DNA of 64,000 bases from TPA_inf: Saccharomyces (Eukaryota), in assembly GCA_000146045.2 (NCBI GenBank), contig BK006943.2:96001-160000 (forward strand). The letters run 5' to 3'. How positions within the stretch are numbered: the stretch's first letter is position 1; each line of letters begins with the position of its first letter. Below, one piece after another: positions 22,826-34,643 of this stretch. Under the pieces are notes generated by a model. The model had not been told where the DNA came from, did not search any database, and saw nothing but the letters and a program-made list of their open reading frames with translations. The position numbers and the translations under genes were made by a program.

Positions 22826-24448
22826 ATTGGGGCGGTGTTCACTTCTTCAGTAAGTTGTATAGAATTAAAAAATCGAGACTAAACAGAAATTTCGAAACAA
22901 GAAGATAAGTATATGTATACAAGTTATTTTACTCTTTTAACTGTTTTCGTTTCCCCACTCTTTCGCAAAAAGAATAATTTTGTGAGTCAAAACAGTCGAA
23001 TTTTCTTGCACAAAAAGTCGATATTCTTTTGTGACTCTGTGTAACTTACTTTCTACAGCTTTTGTTACTCCACTTCTCTTATATATACCCAATGATTCAC
23101 TCGTAATATATCAGAGGAACGTTAGAATTTCTGTATTTTCTCAGGAATCCTACAAAATTAGAGGTGAAATTGATCAGGTTAAGGAGCAGAAGCCCACTAT
23201 ATAAGTAAGATGATATCAAGCCTAGTTGGATGCCTTCAGGAACGGCAAATAGGATATGTGAGCTTGGCAAAGGGGTTTTGATAGAGTAACAATAGATCCT
23301 TGCTAGCCAATGCGACGTTCCTCTGTAGTTTTTACCACAGTTTTACTTAATTTCGTGCTTTGTCCCTTTTTGGCAAAAAAGTCGGATAATGTCTTCACTA
23401 TATTTGTGTTTTCGTCTTTTAGGAAAAGCGTACTTTAGTAAACTACAAATTTGAGCTGAGCTAATTTCGGATTAGTAAAAGATGCAAGGAACAGTAAAAA
23501 TTAAAATAGCGATTGACCGAAATCAGTCCAAAAATTACTACAACAAGCAAATCCAATTAAAAACAGTAAAATACTTTAAGTGCATTTACCGTTACGAACA
23601 ACATATGTCCTAGTTAGTATAGTAGTCTACTAAGTAGCAAAAAAGTAGAAACTCTGTCACTATACCAGCCATCAGTTCATAGTAAAACAGTAAAAATTGT
23701 AAAAACAAGCAAAAAAAAAACAAGAAGGAACAAATGCACCAAACTGTTGATCTATTCTGCAAAAAAAAGTATGGTAAATTTTTTCCATTATCCTGGCCGC
23801 TAATCCATATGGAGGTGAACTTAGAACTTGCACAAGGATGCGATGAATGATAGGCTTTGTGCTATAATTAATGCAGGCAGGTCCGCCATGTCCAACACGT
23901 TGCTGGCCGCAAAACGAGTCAATCTCACTGCTTTGCCACGCTCATTTCTCCCCCCTTCTGCCCAATTAGGCGACCCTCACAATGCACATACACATTTCCC
24001 ACCTCTATTGGAAGGGGCCGTAAATGGTAATTCTTGGGAGTTATTCATATTAAGTGATCTTACTATTTCCTATTTCGGAAATTATTAAAGACAAAAAAGC
24101 TCATTAATGGCTTTCCGTCTGTAGTGATAAGTCGCCAACTCAGCCTAATTTTTCATTTCTTTACCAGATCAGGAAAACTAATAGTACAAATGAGTGTTTT
24201 CTCAAGCGGAACACCACATTTTGAGCTAAATTTAGATTTTGGTCAAAATAAGAAAGATCCTAAAAAAGGAATGGTTGGTGAAAAATTTATTAGCTTGAAT
24301 GGTAGGAATCCTCGAGATATAAAAGGAACACTTGAAGTCTAACGACAATCAATTTCGATTATGTCCTTCCTTTTACCTCAAAGCTCAAAAAAATATCAAT
24401 AAGAAACTCATATTCCTTTTCTAACCCTAGTACAATAATAATAATATA

Positions 24449-25690
24449 ATGCAATACAAAAAGACTTTGGTTGCCTCTGCTTTGGCCGCTACTACATTGG
24501 CCGCCTATGCTCCATCTGAGCCTTGGTCCACTTTGACTCCAACAGCCACTTACAGCGGTGGTGTTACCGACTACGCTTCCACCTTCGGTATTGCCGTTCA
24601 ACCAATCTCCACTACATCCAGCGCATCATCTGCAGCCACCACAGCCTCATCTAAGGCCAAGAGAGCTGCTTCCCAAATTGGTGATGGTCAAGTCCAAGCT
24701 GCTACCACTACTGCTTCTGTCTCTACCAAGAGTACCGCTGCCGCCGTTTCTCAGATCGGTGATGGTCAAATCCAAGCTACTACTAAGACTACCGCTGCTG
24801 CTGTCTCTCAAATTGGTGATGGTCAAATTCAAGCTACCACCAAGACTACCTCTGCTAAGACTACCGCCGCTGCCGTTTCTCAAATCAGTGATGGTCAAAT
24901 CCAAGCTACCACCACTACTTTAGCCCCAAAGAGCACCGCTGCTGCCGTTTCTCAAATCGGTGATGGTCAAGTTCAAGCTACCACCACTACTTTAGCCCCA
25001 AAGAGCACCGCTGCTGCCGTTTCTCAAATCGGTGATGGTCAAGTTCAAGCTACTACTAAGACTACCGCTGCTGCTGTCTCTCAAATTGGTGATGGTCAAG
25101 TTCAAGCTACCACCAAGACTACTGCTGCCGCCGTTTCTCAAATCGGTGATGGTCAAGTTCAAGCTACTACCAAGACTACCGCTGCTGCTGTCTCTCAAAT
25201 CGGTGATGGTCAAGTTCAAGCAACTACCAAAACCACTGCCGCAGCTGTTTCCCAAATTACTGACGGTCAAGTTCAAGCCACTACAAAAACCACTCAAGCA
25301 GCCAGCCAAGTAAGCGATGGCCAAGTCCAAGCTACTACTGCTACTTCCGCTTCTGCAGCCGCTACCTCCACTGACCCAGTCGATGCTGTCTCCTGTAAGA
25401 CTTCTGGTACCTTAGAAATGAACTTAAAGGGCGGTATCTTAACTGACGGTAAGGGTAGAATTGGTTCTATTGTTGCTAACAGACAATTCCAATTTGACGG
25501 TCCACCACCACAAGCTGGTGCCATCTACGCTGCTGGTTGGTCTATAACTCCAGACGGTAACTTGGCTATTGGTGACAATGATGTCTTCTACCAATGTTTG
25601 TCCGGTACTTTCTACAACTTGTACGACGAACACATTGGTAGTCAATGTACTCCAGTCCACTTGGAAGCTATCGATTTGATAGACTGTTAA
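24449..25690 (+). CDS. HSP150: O-mannosylated heat-shock cell wall protein, PIR family
   Basis: 413 aa with a signal peptide, a Kex2 KR site, 11 tandem PIR repeats and the conserved PIR C-terminal domain. Confidence 0.92.
   Translation: MQYKKTLVASALAATTLAAYAPSEPWSTLTPTATYSGGVTDYASTFGIAVQPISTTSSASSAATTASSKAKRAASQIGDGQVQAATTTASVSTKSTAAAVSQIGDGQIQATTKTTAAAVSQIGDGQIQATTKTTSAKTTAAAVSQISDGQIQATTTTLAPKSTAAAVSQIGDGQVQATTTTLAPKSTAAAVSQIGDGQVQATTKTTAAAVSQIGDGQVQATTKTTAAAVSQIGDGQVQATTKTTAAAVSQIGDGQVQATTKTTAAAVSQITDGQVQATTKTTQAASQVSDGQVQATTATSASAAATSTDPVDAVSCKTSGTLEMNLKGGILTDGKGRIGSIVANRQFQFDGPPPQAGAIYAAGWSITPDGNLAIGDNDVFYQCLSGTFYNLYDEHIGSQCTPVHLEAIDLIDC
24671..25340 (+). repeat. Tandem array of 11 PIR repeat units (about 54-72 bp each) inside HSP150
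   Basis: The SQIGDGQ[VI][11 protein letters not shown] unit is reiterated 11 times in-frame. The nucleotide units are near-identical and drive the spurious ORFs seen in other frames. Confidence 0.9.
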
Positions 25691-26264
25691 GCAGAAAACT
25701 ATTAGTTCTTTTATCCTGATGACTTTTTCTCATTTGCATTGATTAGAAAGGAAAAAAAGAAGTGTCCTTTTCTACTACTACTCTAGTCGCATCCATTCCT
25801 TTGCATTTATCTTTTCTGCGGTTGGCCAATCCATTCTTCCGAGAATTTGGCTAGCCATACTTGATGTTTTCCCATTATTGGTTCGTTTGGCAATGCTAAT
25901 TTTCTTAATTGCCCCTTATATACTCTTCCATAAAATGTTTTTTTTATAACTAATTTTCTGTATATCATTATCTAATAATCTTATAAAATGTTAAAAAGAC
26001 TTGGAAAGCAACGAGTGATCGTGACCACATAATTGCCTCGCTACACGGCAAAAATAAGCCAGTCCTAATGTGTATATTAAAGGCTGCATGTGGCTACGTC
26101 TATTAAAAAAAAAATATTTATCTAAATAAAAGAAACCTTCTTTTAGAGAACCTTAAAAATGTAATATACAAATCATTCATACCAAAATCTTTTTACAAAT
26201 CATAATCTTTTTCTATTTCTTTTCCCTTATAAAAGGTAGAACATTAGTACTTTGATGTAGCTAT

Positions 26265-26948
26265 TTAACAGTCGACCAAAGAAACAGCTTCCAAATGAAT
26301 GGCACTACATTGTTCGGCGACGTTTTGATCATACAAGTTGTAGAAATTGCCGGATAGACATTGGTAGAAAACGTCACTGTCACCCAAAGCCAAGTAACCA
26401 TCTTCAGTAATGGACCAACCGGCAGCGTAGATGGCGCCGGCTTGTGGTGGTGGACCGTCAAATTGGAATTGTCTGTTAGCAACAATAGAACCAATTCTAC
26501 CCTTGGCATCAGTCAAAACACCGTCCTTCAAGGTCAATTCTAAGGTACCAGAATTCTTACATGAGCTATCTTTCAAAGATGGAGTGGCACAAGAAGATGA
26601 TGTGGCATTAGTAGATGTTTTAGATGCAGAGGAAGAGATCTTTTCGGAGCTGGTTGGGGTAGCGGTAGTAGTAGCTTGGGCTTGACTATCGGTGGCTTGA
26701 GCAGTAGCAGCAGAAGTGGCTTGGACTTGACCGTCACCAATTTGAGAGATAACGTCTCTCTTAGCTTTTGAAGAGGTAATAGCTTGAACAGCAATACCAA
26801 AGGTGGTAGTGTATTCGGCAGCACCACAAGAGATGGAGCCGGTTGGGGTTAAGGTGGACCATGGTTCACCTGGAGTGTAACCTTCAGCAGAAGCAGTGGC
26901 GGATAGAGCAGCAACGGAGGCAGCTAGGGCGACGTTTTTGAATTGCAT
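26265..26948 (-). CDS. CIS3: PIR-family cell wall protein
   Basis: 227 aa with a signal peptide, a KR site, a single [11 protein letters not shown] repeat and the conserved PIR C-terminal domain. Confidence 0.88.
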   Translation of the reverse strand: MQFKNVALAASVAALSATASAEGYTPGEPWSTLTPTGSISCGAAEYTTTFGIAVQAITSSKAKRDVISQIGDGQVQATSAATAQATDSQAQATTTATPTSSEKISSSASKTSTNATSSSCATPSLKDSSCKNSGTLELTLKDGVLTDAKGRIGSIVANRQFQFDGPPPQAGAIYAAGWSITEDGYLALGDSDVFYQCLSGNFYNLYDQNVAEQCSAIHLEAVSLVDC

Positions 26949-27835
26949 TTTAGATGTAAGTTTAGCGAGTGAAATAGTTTTATGTGTCTTGATTTACAAT
27001 TACTACTGCCAAAAAGAGAAGGTTAAGATAGACCCACCACAAGATAGATTGGCTCTCTTTCCCGAATACTTATATACTGACTGTTTGGAGATGAAACCTT
27101 CGAGAATTTTTCACCCACTGTCAACCTATTTCTTATTTTTGTTTTTGTTTGTGGACGTTTAGCTTAAATCGGCGCGAATTTTTTTGGCGCAGTACACGCT
27201 GACCCGTTTCTTTTGGGCGACCGTGTCTCGACCGTAGCAAAAGGGGAAAAAGAAAAGCTGGAAGGGCTAGGCGGGATCTGGCCCGTGGAAATCGTATGGA
27301 ATGCATAGGCGGCCCGGCCAGGCACCACGGAAAAAAGCTGATTGTCCTCTTTTACGAGCCGTGGATTTGCAGGAAGAAGCAACGCACGCATGGAAAACAC
27401 GTGACCTGAAAGTCACCGGAACAAATTAGCCACATCGACGTTTCTTTTACTATACAGCTCGAACAAGCTAACTTGAAATGCTACAACCATGTTGGTATAA
27501 TTGTGTACAGACACGTGCATTTTTGGTACGAAGAGGGTTACCCGGCTGCGAGTTTTTTTCATTATGAACTAATTCAGGGAAATAATCCCGTTCGGGAAAT
27601 AGATAAACAACGCCAAACGAAAAAAAATATATAGTGCATATATGACGAGATTTAATTATCGCCAATAGGTTCTTTCTTAGGCAAAATTAAAGTTTACTCA
27701 ATTTCTATTTATACATTAACTGCTATTTACGACGCATTATATATATTCAGTCATTGCGTAGTATAGACGTGGAGAAACGAAAAAAAAAAAAGGAAAAGCA
27801 AAAGCCTCGAAATACGGGCCTCGATTCCCGAACTA

Positions 27836-30328
27836 CTAGAGGTTGGGAACTTCCAGGGTCTGATGAATTCTTTGCTGCTTTACCAGGTCAAAATATTCTA
27901 TTTCTATCAAACTAGAATGCGGGTGTTCATCCATAATTAGACGCGTTTTTTGTTCACCCGCAGCCATATCCCCCAAATATACTTGCTCGAATGTAGCTTG
28001 TGGTAGACGAAGAGTTACATCTAGATAACGCTTAGTGTGCAGCTCCTCTAAAAACTGCTTAATGCTAGCGTTCAATGGAGTCATGCGGCGTTGCGAAATT
28101 TCGTATCTCCAATGGTAAGATAACTGGTCAAAGGCCTTTTTTAATTTCTGATCATGCTCAATGTCAACAACGTCACTCCCGTTGAGGACCAAGATTTGCT
28201 TGGCGTATCCAGTTGCAATATGGTCATCTGTATCCACGTATGCACTTGTTGACGCTAATCTTTCACAAGTTTGTAATGTTACCTTATACTGTTGCTTTTC
28301 ATCGCGGAAGACGTTTGGATTAACCACTTCTAAATTATCCAAGAAAGTTGTCCATCCGTCCCAATTTTTATTTATCATTCCGATGAAGGTGCCAAATGGG
28401 CCTACTACACCGGATCCATCTCTTCCAACAACAACTATTCCCAGTAAATCGTCTGTGTTTAATCCATCCAATATTTGATGAACACTCTTTAGAACTCTCT
28501 TGCGATACAGTTCCCCATCAGCATGCGACAAATTCAAACATACAATAAGTTTTAGCGGCGTATCACTGTGCAATCTTTTCCACGGTAGACGAGAATCATG
28601 GGATTGTGCTGATATAACATCAGGCGGCGCTCCTAAAGCGCCTATTATATTCACATGAGAGAGTTCCTTCACTGTAGAAACAATCTCACTTAATGGTAGT
28701 GTCTCCAGTGAAGAATTTTCTAGACAATACTTCCATTTGGGAAGCAACCACTTTTCGCAGTTTTCGTTGAACCTCAAGTATATTTCAGGTATATTAGTGC
28801 TCTTCAAACTACAAAGTAGTACGTCCTCATTGAACTTGATTACCTGGTAAAACTGGTCTCTAGGAATCTTACCCAGGATCTTCATTTCTTCAAAATCAAA
28901 CAAAACTAGAAATTTGGAGAATAATATTACAAGGTTATTGTCTACCCATTGTTCGCCATCATCAGAATACATTAGTTTGTCAAACAAGATCAAACTGCCA
29001 AATTCGCTATCCTTATCCACATTTGTTTCGATATATTGATCAATTTTCTTTTTCCATTCCTTTTCCCTTTCCTCTAGTTCTTCGTGGTCCACATGATTCA
29101 CATCTTGCAAGACCCCTAAATCATCACTGGTCCGCATTTCTTGAAACTTCACACTGACCATAACATGTTCACCACCCGTTTTACTAAACCACACTTCAGC
29201 AGCACTTTCGTCTATTTCATCATCACAGTCCAGTTTTTCATCATCACTTAAATCAAAAGGGTCTGTAGTTGCCATTTTATTAACGAATGGTGAATTTAAA
29301 AATGGGCTATCAAGATAGCTAACGGCCTCAAATTGATTGCTATTCGATAAGCGTGGTGTCCTGAACCCATCACATGAAATATCAGCAGTACGAATGAGCT
29401 GCTCCTGTGGTGTAAACTGAGGAAATTCACCTGTGAAGCTTCTCGCCGTTTTCAAATCAATCCATTGCTGTTGCATATTGGATGACGGACCATCATCATG
29501 AGCGCCTGCGCCCGTTAGAAGTTTGGATACCATTTCAGGAACAATGTCTTTATCCTTTGGCTTGCTCACTTCGCCACATATCTTACACTCAGGAAACTTG
29601 CCTTGGAAATAAAGAGTTTCAAATAGCATCAAATAACAGTTATAGTGGCTAGTGTGTGAACACGTAGACTCCACAACCTTTTCACCGGTAAATGTGGAAC
29701 TAATACTTTCCTCACAGATTAAACATTTCTCACCTATGTACCTTTTTGGACTGAATTGTGAATTGCATTTTTTTATGTTTCTTTCCAGGCTGATCATGAA
29801 AGTTGGTGAATCTTCTTCGTAATATGAATCGCCGTCAATGCGATAATCTTCATCCATAACCGTTAAATTGATGTCTGACAAAGTATCACACATAGTTGTA
29901 GAATCAGAAATCGACTCTCGGAGTAAACTAGTAGTTAAATTTGTAGCTTTGATGTTGTATTTGTTGCTACTTGTGATATTTACTGGCGATTGTAAAGCGC
30001 TAAGTTGTCCTGTTTTCGAAAAACCAGATGCTACTGATCCCGCTGTTTTCTTCAAACTTGGTGGGGGAGATATAGGCTTGGAAAGATTCAGTGGTTTAGG
30101 AATATTGCCTCTTTTGGACATCATTAGGCCAAGATTTGGAGTAAATTGACTCTCTTCAATATACCCAAATGTGGGCATCTGTTGCTTCTTAAATTCTGGT
30201 GTCTTTCTAAAAACTTTACCCGATAAACCTCTTAGAAATTTCTTCGGTGGTGATCTTTCAGCGTCACGATCTCCACTTGGTGGAGTGTGTATTTTTTTTT
30301 CAAACGAAACTCTTGTTGGTGTCTTCAT
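27836..30328 (-). CDS. FAR1: CDK inhibitor and pheromone-pathway scaffold
   Basis: 830 aa with an N-terminal RING-H2-like Cys cluster (CLICEE...CSHTSH...CKIC); position fits YJL157C. Confidence 0.85.
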   Translation of the reverse strand: MKTPTRVSFEKKIHTPPSGDRDAERSPPKKFLRGLSGKVFRKTPEFKKQQMPTFGYIEESQFTPNLGLMMSKRGNIPKPLNLSKPISPPPSLKKTAGSVASGFSKTGQLSALQSPVNITSSNKYNIKATNLTTSLLRESISDSTTMCDTLSDINLTVMDEDYRIDGDSYYEEDSPTFMISLERNIKKCNSQFSPKRYIGEKCLICEESISSTFTGEKVVESTCSHTSHYNCYLMLFETLYFQGKFPECKICGEVSKPKDKDIVPEMVSKLLTGAGAHDDGPSSNMQQQWIDLKTARSFTGEFPQFTPQEQLIRTADISCDGFRTPRLSNSNQFEAVSYLDSPFLNSPFVNKMATTDPFDLSDDEKLDCDDEIDESAAEVWFSKTGGEHVMVSVKFQEMRTSDDLGVLQDVNHVDHEELEEREKEWKKKIDQYIETNVDKDSEFGSLILFDKLMYSDDGEQWVDNNLVILFSKFLVLFDFEEMKILGKIPRDQFYQVIKFNEDVLLCSLKSTNIPEIYLRFNENCEKWLLPKWKYCLENSSLETLPLSEIVSTVKELSHVNIIGALGAPPDVISAQSHDSRLPWKRLHSDTPLKLIVCLNLSHADGELYRKRVLKSVHQILDGLNTDDLLGIVVVGRDGSGVVGPFGTFIGMINKNWDGWTTFLDNLEVVNPNVFRDEKQQYKVTLQTCERLASTSAYVDTDDHIATGYAKQILVLNGSDVVDIEHDQKLKKAFDQLSYHWRYEISQRRMTPLNASIKQFLEELHTKRYLDVTLRLPQATFEQVYLGDMAAGEQKTRLIMDEHPHSSLIEIEYFDLVKQQRIHQTLEVPNL

Positions 30329-30852
30329 TAATAGATTGCCTTCTTACGCCCACGAAGCTTTCCAGTGGATCTATAGACTTTGTGTAAAGGATGGTCAAGA
30401 AATATAAAAGTAAATAGAAATTTTTTGAATAGATAAGATAATATACACTCTCAAGACAGAGTGAACAAAAAGGATAGTTTTATTTTCTTTTAATAATTTG
30501 AATATATTATATACTGTGAACCAAGGTACCTTCGCATTTGAAACCTTTACGATGTCATTTTATTGCCTATTTCCTTTTTAGGTATTTTCGGTGAAATGGC
30601 TGCATGTTGAAAATTGCATCGCTGAAAAAAAAAGATATGCAAACAAAAGAAAGTTGCATTCTGAAACGACCGGGTCTCTCTTGCCCGCCTAACAAAACCA
30701 AAGAGGTAAATGAAAGTAAACAGATATTTTTCCTTACTTGGAAAAATAAAGCAACAATGAAGGTGAGTTTTATAGTCGCTCCTACAGTGATGCAAGTGCA
30801 ATGTCTTTTTTTTTTCATCCTGTAATGGGTTAAATAACTTCAAAAAGGCAAA

Positions 30853-32952
30853 TCATCCATCTAGTTGTGGATCAATGTCCCATTGAATTTTAGTTACAGC
30901 ATGTAGTCTCTCCAGGATATCACCTATAGGTGTGAACAAACCAAACTGCCTCTGTTCACCATCGTATGAATGCAACATACCAACAAGCCCCAAACCTAGA
31001 CGATCTTCTAACTTGGTCAAGATCCATGCGCCTGAATCCCCCGCACTAGCAAATAAAGGAGTTGGAGATGCAACGACAAACTCGCTACTTTGTAACTTTC
31101 CGTCGGCCCAATAAACTAATTTTGTAGAATTTAACTCGCCTGAAGTGTATCCCGTAGAAGCCCCTATTTTAAATACTTTCATCCCAGGCTTCATTTTAAA
31201 AATTTTTCGTTTCACATGTAAATTTTGAAATCTTAATGTTGGATCTGGGAATGATTTTAAGCCATTACCTAGGGTATTCTGACATTTGAATGATGAATTA
31301 ACTTTGATAATAGCAAAATCTGATAATCTGTGATCTACGATTGCTCTCTCGCCCCAAACTACTTGACCAAATTTGTTTGATTTCTGCCAGTTCAAGTTTT
31401 GATCTATTCTTTGCACTTCCTCCAAAAATGCTGTTTTCTCCACCGAACCATCAGGATACCTATCTGATTCTTTCGTTAAAACTTTCTTGTAAGAAGTCTG
31501 TAAAACATTAGAAGGTACCATGACGTTTGGATAATCTTGCTTCTCAGATAATACAACGTGGGCGCAAGTAATGGCAAATGAGCAGCTTGCAAATTGAGAA
31601 AATTTTTTATCACTACCAGTCTGAGGGAATAGATAACCCCCTAAAGTACCTGTAATTTTAGCGCTTGTCTCAGTGGATAAAGACATAGAAATTGGCAATT
31701 CAAGTGGATTCTCTGAAACTGCATATGGGGGGGAAAACTGAAATTTAGTTGGGGCTATTGTATCGATAGTTGCTGCGGTATGAGACGGAATACTGCCTAC
31801 TGCTGATGCAGCTTTTTTAATGTAATCTTTCACACAATACATGTGTACATCTGGGAACAACGAATAAAGAACCTTTATCATTTCATAGTGTTCATGTTGC
31901 AAGTTGGGTAAGCCAAACATTATTGTAAGAATTGAACTCTTTGGGGTTATACCTCTAAGTATAGGTGCTATAAAAGCACCTTCCTGGTCAGAGATTATTG
32001 AAGAATCCATTTTGGTCAACTCATCTAGAATCATGCCTAATTTATCCATACTTGGTAAGTTGCAATGGCTGCCAATACAAAAGACTGATAAGCATGGTAA
32101 AACGCCCGATTCTGATATCAAATCGTCATCCGTAATAAGGTTTAGTTTCTTCAGGAAGAAGTAAAATCTTCGTAACAGTATCGACCTAGAATTCGAAAAT
32201 GCGTCGGAAACCAATAAATTATCCAGAAAATGTAATACAATTTTATTAATTTTTCGTAATGAAGACGATTTTTCTAAACTTATCCTGTACGGTATCCTGT
32301 CTCGTGTTGTCGGTAAGAATTCTTTAAAATATTCGATGGCTTCAATAACCGCTTTTGAAATACTGATGACATCCTGATGAATATCATCCATTATATCAAC
32401 CAAATTTTCCTCTAGCTCAGACAAACTTTTGTGAATGTACTCCAAAGTGATACTTCTTCTGGAAGTGAAACTGTTTTCTCTCGCATTTTCTGAAGTGGCT
32501 AATGTTGAGGACGTTGAAGAGCTGACGTCTAAAGTATTCTGCGTATCCTGAGATTCCTCCTCCTTAACAGGACTCAAGAAGCTCACCGCTCTTAATGGTT
32601 TCCCAACATCTTTGAAACCCTGTAAATTTTTACTATTCTTAGATCCACTATGTCCGCTACTGTGACTACGCATTTCTGATGTGGCCATACTAGAAGAGGC
32701 TCCCGTTCCGTAAGTCATTCTTCCTCTAGAAAATATGGATGACGATTGTATGGACGAACCAAAAGTCGTAGACGCATCATCATTGTTTGCATTTTCAGGG
32801 TTCGTATCATGACTGTTTGGGTCTATTCTTTCTTCATTTCCAGATACGTTGCTAGACGACGTTTCTGCTGCGTTTTGTTCATTGTCTGCAGGCAAGTCTG
32901 TATTTTCCTTTTCTTCGTTCTTTTTCTTGTTTAAACCAAAAAATCTGACCAT
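30853..32952 (-). CDS. SSY5: Serine protease of the SPS amino-acid sensor
   Basis: 699 aa with a chymotrypsin-like C-terminal domain (GDSGAWIL); fits YJL156C. Confidence 0.85.
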   Translation of the reverse strand: MVRFFGLNKKKNEEKENTDLPADNEQNAAETSSSNVSGNEERIDPNSHDTNPENANNDDASTTFGSSIQSSSIFSRGRMTYGTGASSSMATSEMRSHSSGHSGSKNSKNLQGFKDVGKPLRAVSFLSPVKEEESQDTQNTLDVSSSTSSTLATSENARENSFTSRRSITLEYIHKSLSELEENLVDIMDDIHQDVISISKAVIEAIEYFKEFLPTTRDRIPYRISLEKSSSLRKINKIVLHFLDNLLVSDAFSNSRSILLRRFYFFLKKLNLITDDDLISESGVLPCLSVFCIGSHCNLPSMDKLGMILDELTKMDSSIISDQEGAFIAPILRGITPKSSILTIMFGLPNLQHEHYEMIKVLYSLFPDVHMYCVKDYIKKAASAVGSIPSHTAATIDTIAPTKFQFSPPYAVSENPLELPISMSLSTETSAKITGTLGGYLFPQTGSDKKFSQFASCSFAITCAHVVLSEKQDYPNVMVPSNVLQTSYKKVLTKESDRYPDGSVEKTAFLEEVQRIDQNLNWQKSNKFGQVVWGERAIVDHRLSDFAIIKVNSSFKCQNTLGNGLKSFPDPTLRFQNLHVKRKIFKMKPGMKVFKIGASTGYTSGELNSTKLVYWADGKLQSSEFVVASPTPLFASAGDSGAWILTKLEDRLGLGLVGMLHSYDGEQRQFGLFTPIGDILERLHAVTKIQWDIDPQLDG

Positions 32953-33284
32953 CGGTATATCGAGTTTACACCAGTACTATGTACATGCAAAAAGAAAGGA
33001 GGATATCTAGTATGTTTATTCAACCTTTATTGTATATTTACGTTTTCTGTACTGTATAATTTCATTTTCGAATCTTACTTTTTTTTTTTTACTCAAAAAT
33101 ACTTCCGCCGCGGCGTTCTACAATTTCACTTAAAATTAGTTTGGGTAATAATTACATACAATGCTGCAGACGTACATAAAAAACCATCAATGCTACGTTT
33201 CCTGATCTTTTCGTACATAAAAGATTGTGCGTATCAGCCACAAGTAAGCTTGGACTTAAGATACACAAAAATAAAAAGTAAAAT

Positions 33285-34643
33285 TTAAAATTTGTCTTCC
33301 AAAGGAGAGTCATTGAGCAGTTGATGAAGTTTAGTTGAGCTTTGAGAAAGCTCACCTACTTGGCTTGTACCCTTCTCTTTATATGTACTCACTGCAGGGA
33401 TGTTTGCTTTAATTTTGGTGACCTTTGTGCCATAGGCCCTAGGCTCCAGCTTGATCAATGTGTGTAGTGGGATTGACATCCAAGGGGATTCCTCCTGTGG
33501 AACGTTCATAAAATATGCATATATACACCGAAGTACGGCTTGATGAGTTATAATGAGAACATTTTCTTGGCGCTCCAATTCCATAATGACGGGCTCTAAA
33601 CGAATCACTACATCTCTGTATGATTCTCCACCACGATATCTGTACTCGTATTTGTCATTATCACGTGCTTTAAAATCTTCAGGATATTCTTTTTCAATTT
33701 CCTCATACGTCATTCCGTCACAAACGCCAGCGTCTAATTCATCAAGTGCTTTCCATTGCAGTTTCTTATAGGGAAGATAATTTGCCGTTTGTTGTGTTCT
33801 TTTTAAGGTGGAAGTCCACACGGTCAAATTTATTTCTCCTGCGCTCTCTTTCACTAACTGCTCCAATTTTTTAGCGTACTGAAAGCCTCTTTCAGACAGT
33901 GATGAATCCCCGCCAATTTTTTTCTCTACGTTATAGATCGATTCGCCGTGACGGGAGAGCCAGATATATTTTGGTTTAGGACGAATATTCATAACATAAA
34001 ATACAATCCTACTTTCCAAATATGTTCTGATCTTATTAATTACTACTTCTTCAATAATATTGACCAACTTAATGAACGTCATATCCTTATCTTTTTGGGG
34101 GTCCAAAGGTTCATAAAATCTTTCATATTGTCTAATTCTTTCCAAAAAATCAGCTTCCGCCACATGAGGTTCAGAGTTTTCATAATCAGGAGATGTGCTA
34201 CCGATATCCTTAGCGTTATTTATAATCAGTTCATGATCGTTACTCCAGCTCTCTAAAAACATCGGTTGAATATTATTCTTTTCACATATATCTTTAAGCC
34301 ATTTCCTTCTTTTACGTGTACTATTAGTAGCATCGAAAACTGCCACAGATCCGTCTTCTTTAGTAAAAAAATTAACAATATCTTTTATGGCATTTTGGGC
34401 AGCCAATTCTCTGAGTTTAAAATTATCTGTATTTTCGAAGTTAAAAAACTCAGCATCCATTGGGACATTTCCACTCACGTCTCTTCTGTAATTTCCCACA
34501 TTAAAACACTTGGCTTTTATGGATAACCACGATAAGTACCTGATAATTTTTTGGGAAATAAAAGACTTTCCTCTAGCTGGTAGGCCAACCATTATCACAC
34601 ATACTTTGATATCATTATCGTTGGAAATAGTACTGTACCCCAT
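33285..34643 (-). CDS. FBP26: Fructose-2,6-bisphosphatase
   Basis: 452 aa with an N-terminal P-loop (GLPARGKS) kinase-like domain and a C-terminal histidine phosphatase (RHGESIYN) domain. Confidence 0.88.
   Translation of the reverse strand: MGYSTISNDNDIKVCVIMVGLPARGKSFISQKIIRYLSWLSIKAKCFNVGNYRRDVSGNVPMDAEFFNFENTDNFKLRELAAQNAIKDIVNFFTKEDGSVAVFDATNSTRKRRKWLKDICEKNNIQPMFLESWSNDHELIINNAKDIGSTSPDYENSEPHVAEADFLERIRQYERFYEPLDPQKDKDMTFIKLVNIIEEVVINKIRTYLESRIVFYVMNIRPKPKYIWLSRHGESIYNVEKKIGGDSSLSERGFQYAKKLEQLVKESAGEINLTVWTSTLKRTQQTANYLPYKKLQWKALDELDAGVCDGMTYEEIEKEYPEDFKARDNDKYEYRYRGGESYRDVVIRLEPVIMELERQENVLIITHQAVLRCIYAYFMNVPQEESPWMSIPLHTLIKLEPRAYGTKVTKIKANIPAVSTYKEKGTSQVGELSQSSTKLHQLLNDSPLEDKF

Noticed and set aside
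24130-24448. Heat-shock elements upstream of HSP150
   Set aside because: Several GAA/TTC triplets are present, but none form three or more correctly phased nGAAn units. I cannot support an HSE call by eye.
24558-25330. Five ORFs of 85-121 aa in alternative frames and strands over the HSP150 repeat array, plus one at 26573-26827 inside CIS3
   Set aside because: The periodic repeat DNA lacks stop codons in several frames. The translations are low-complexity (PLLL..., [10 protein letters not shown]...) and are not genes.
27164-27400. 78-aa ORF in the CIS3 upstream region
   Set aside because: It coincides with the GC-rich block, where stops are depleted by composition. It has no start context or homology and is kept only as a sequence-composition observation.
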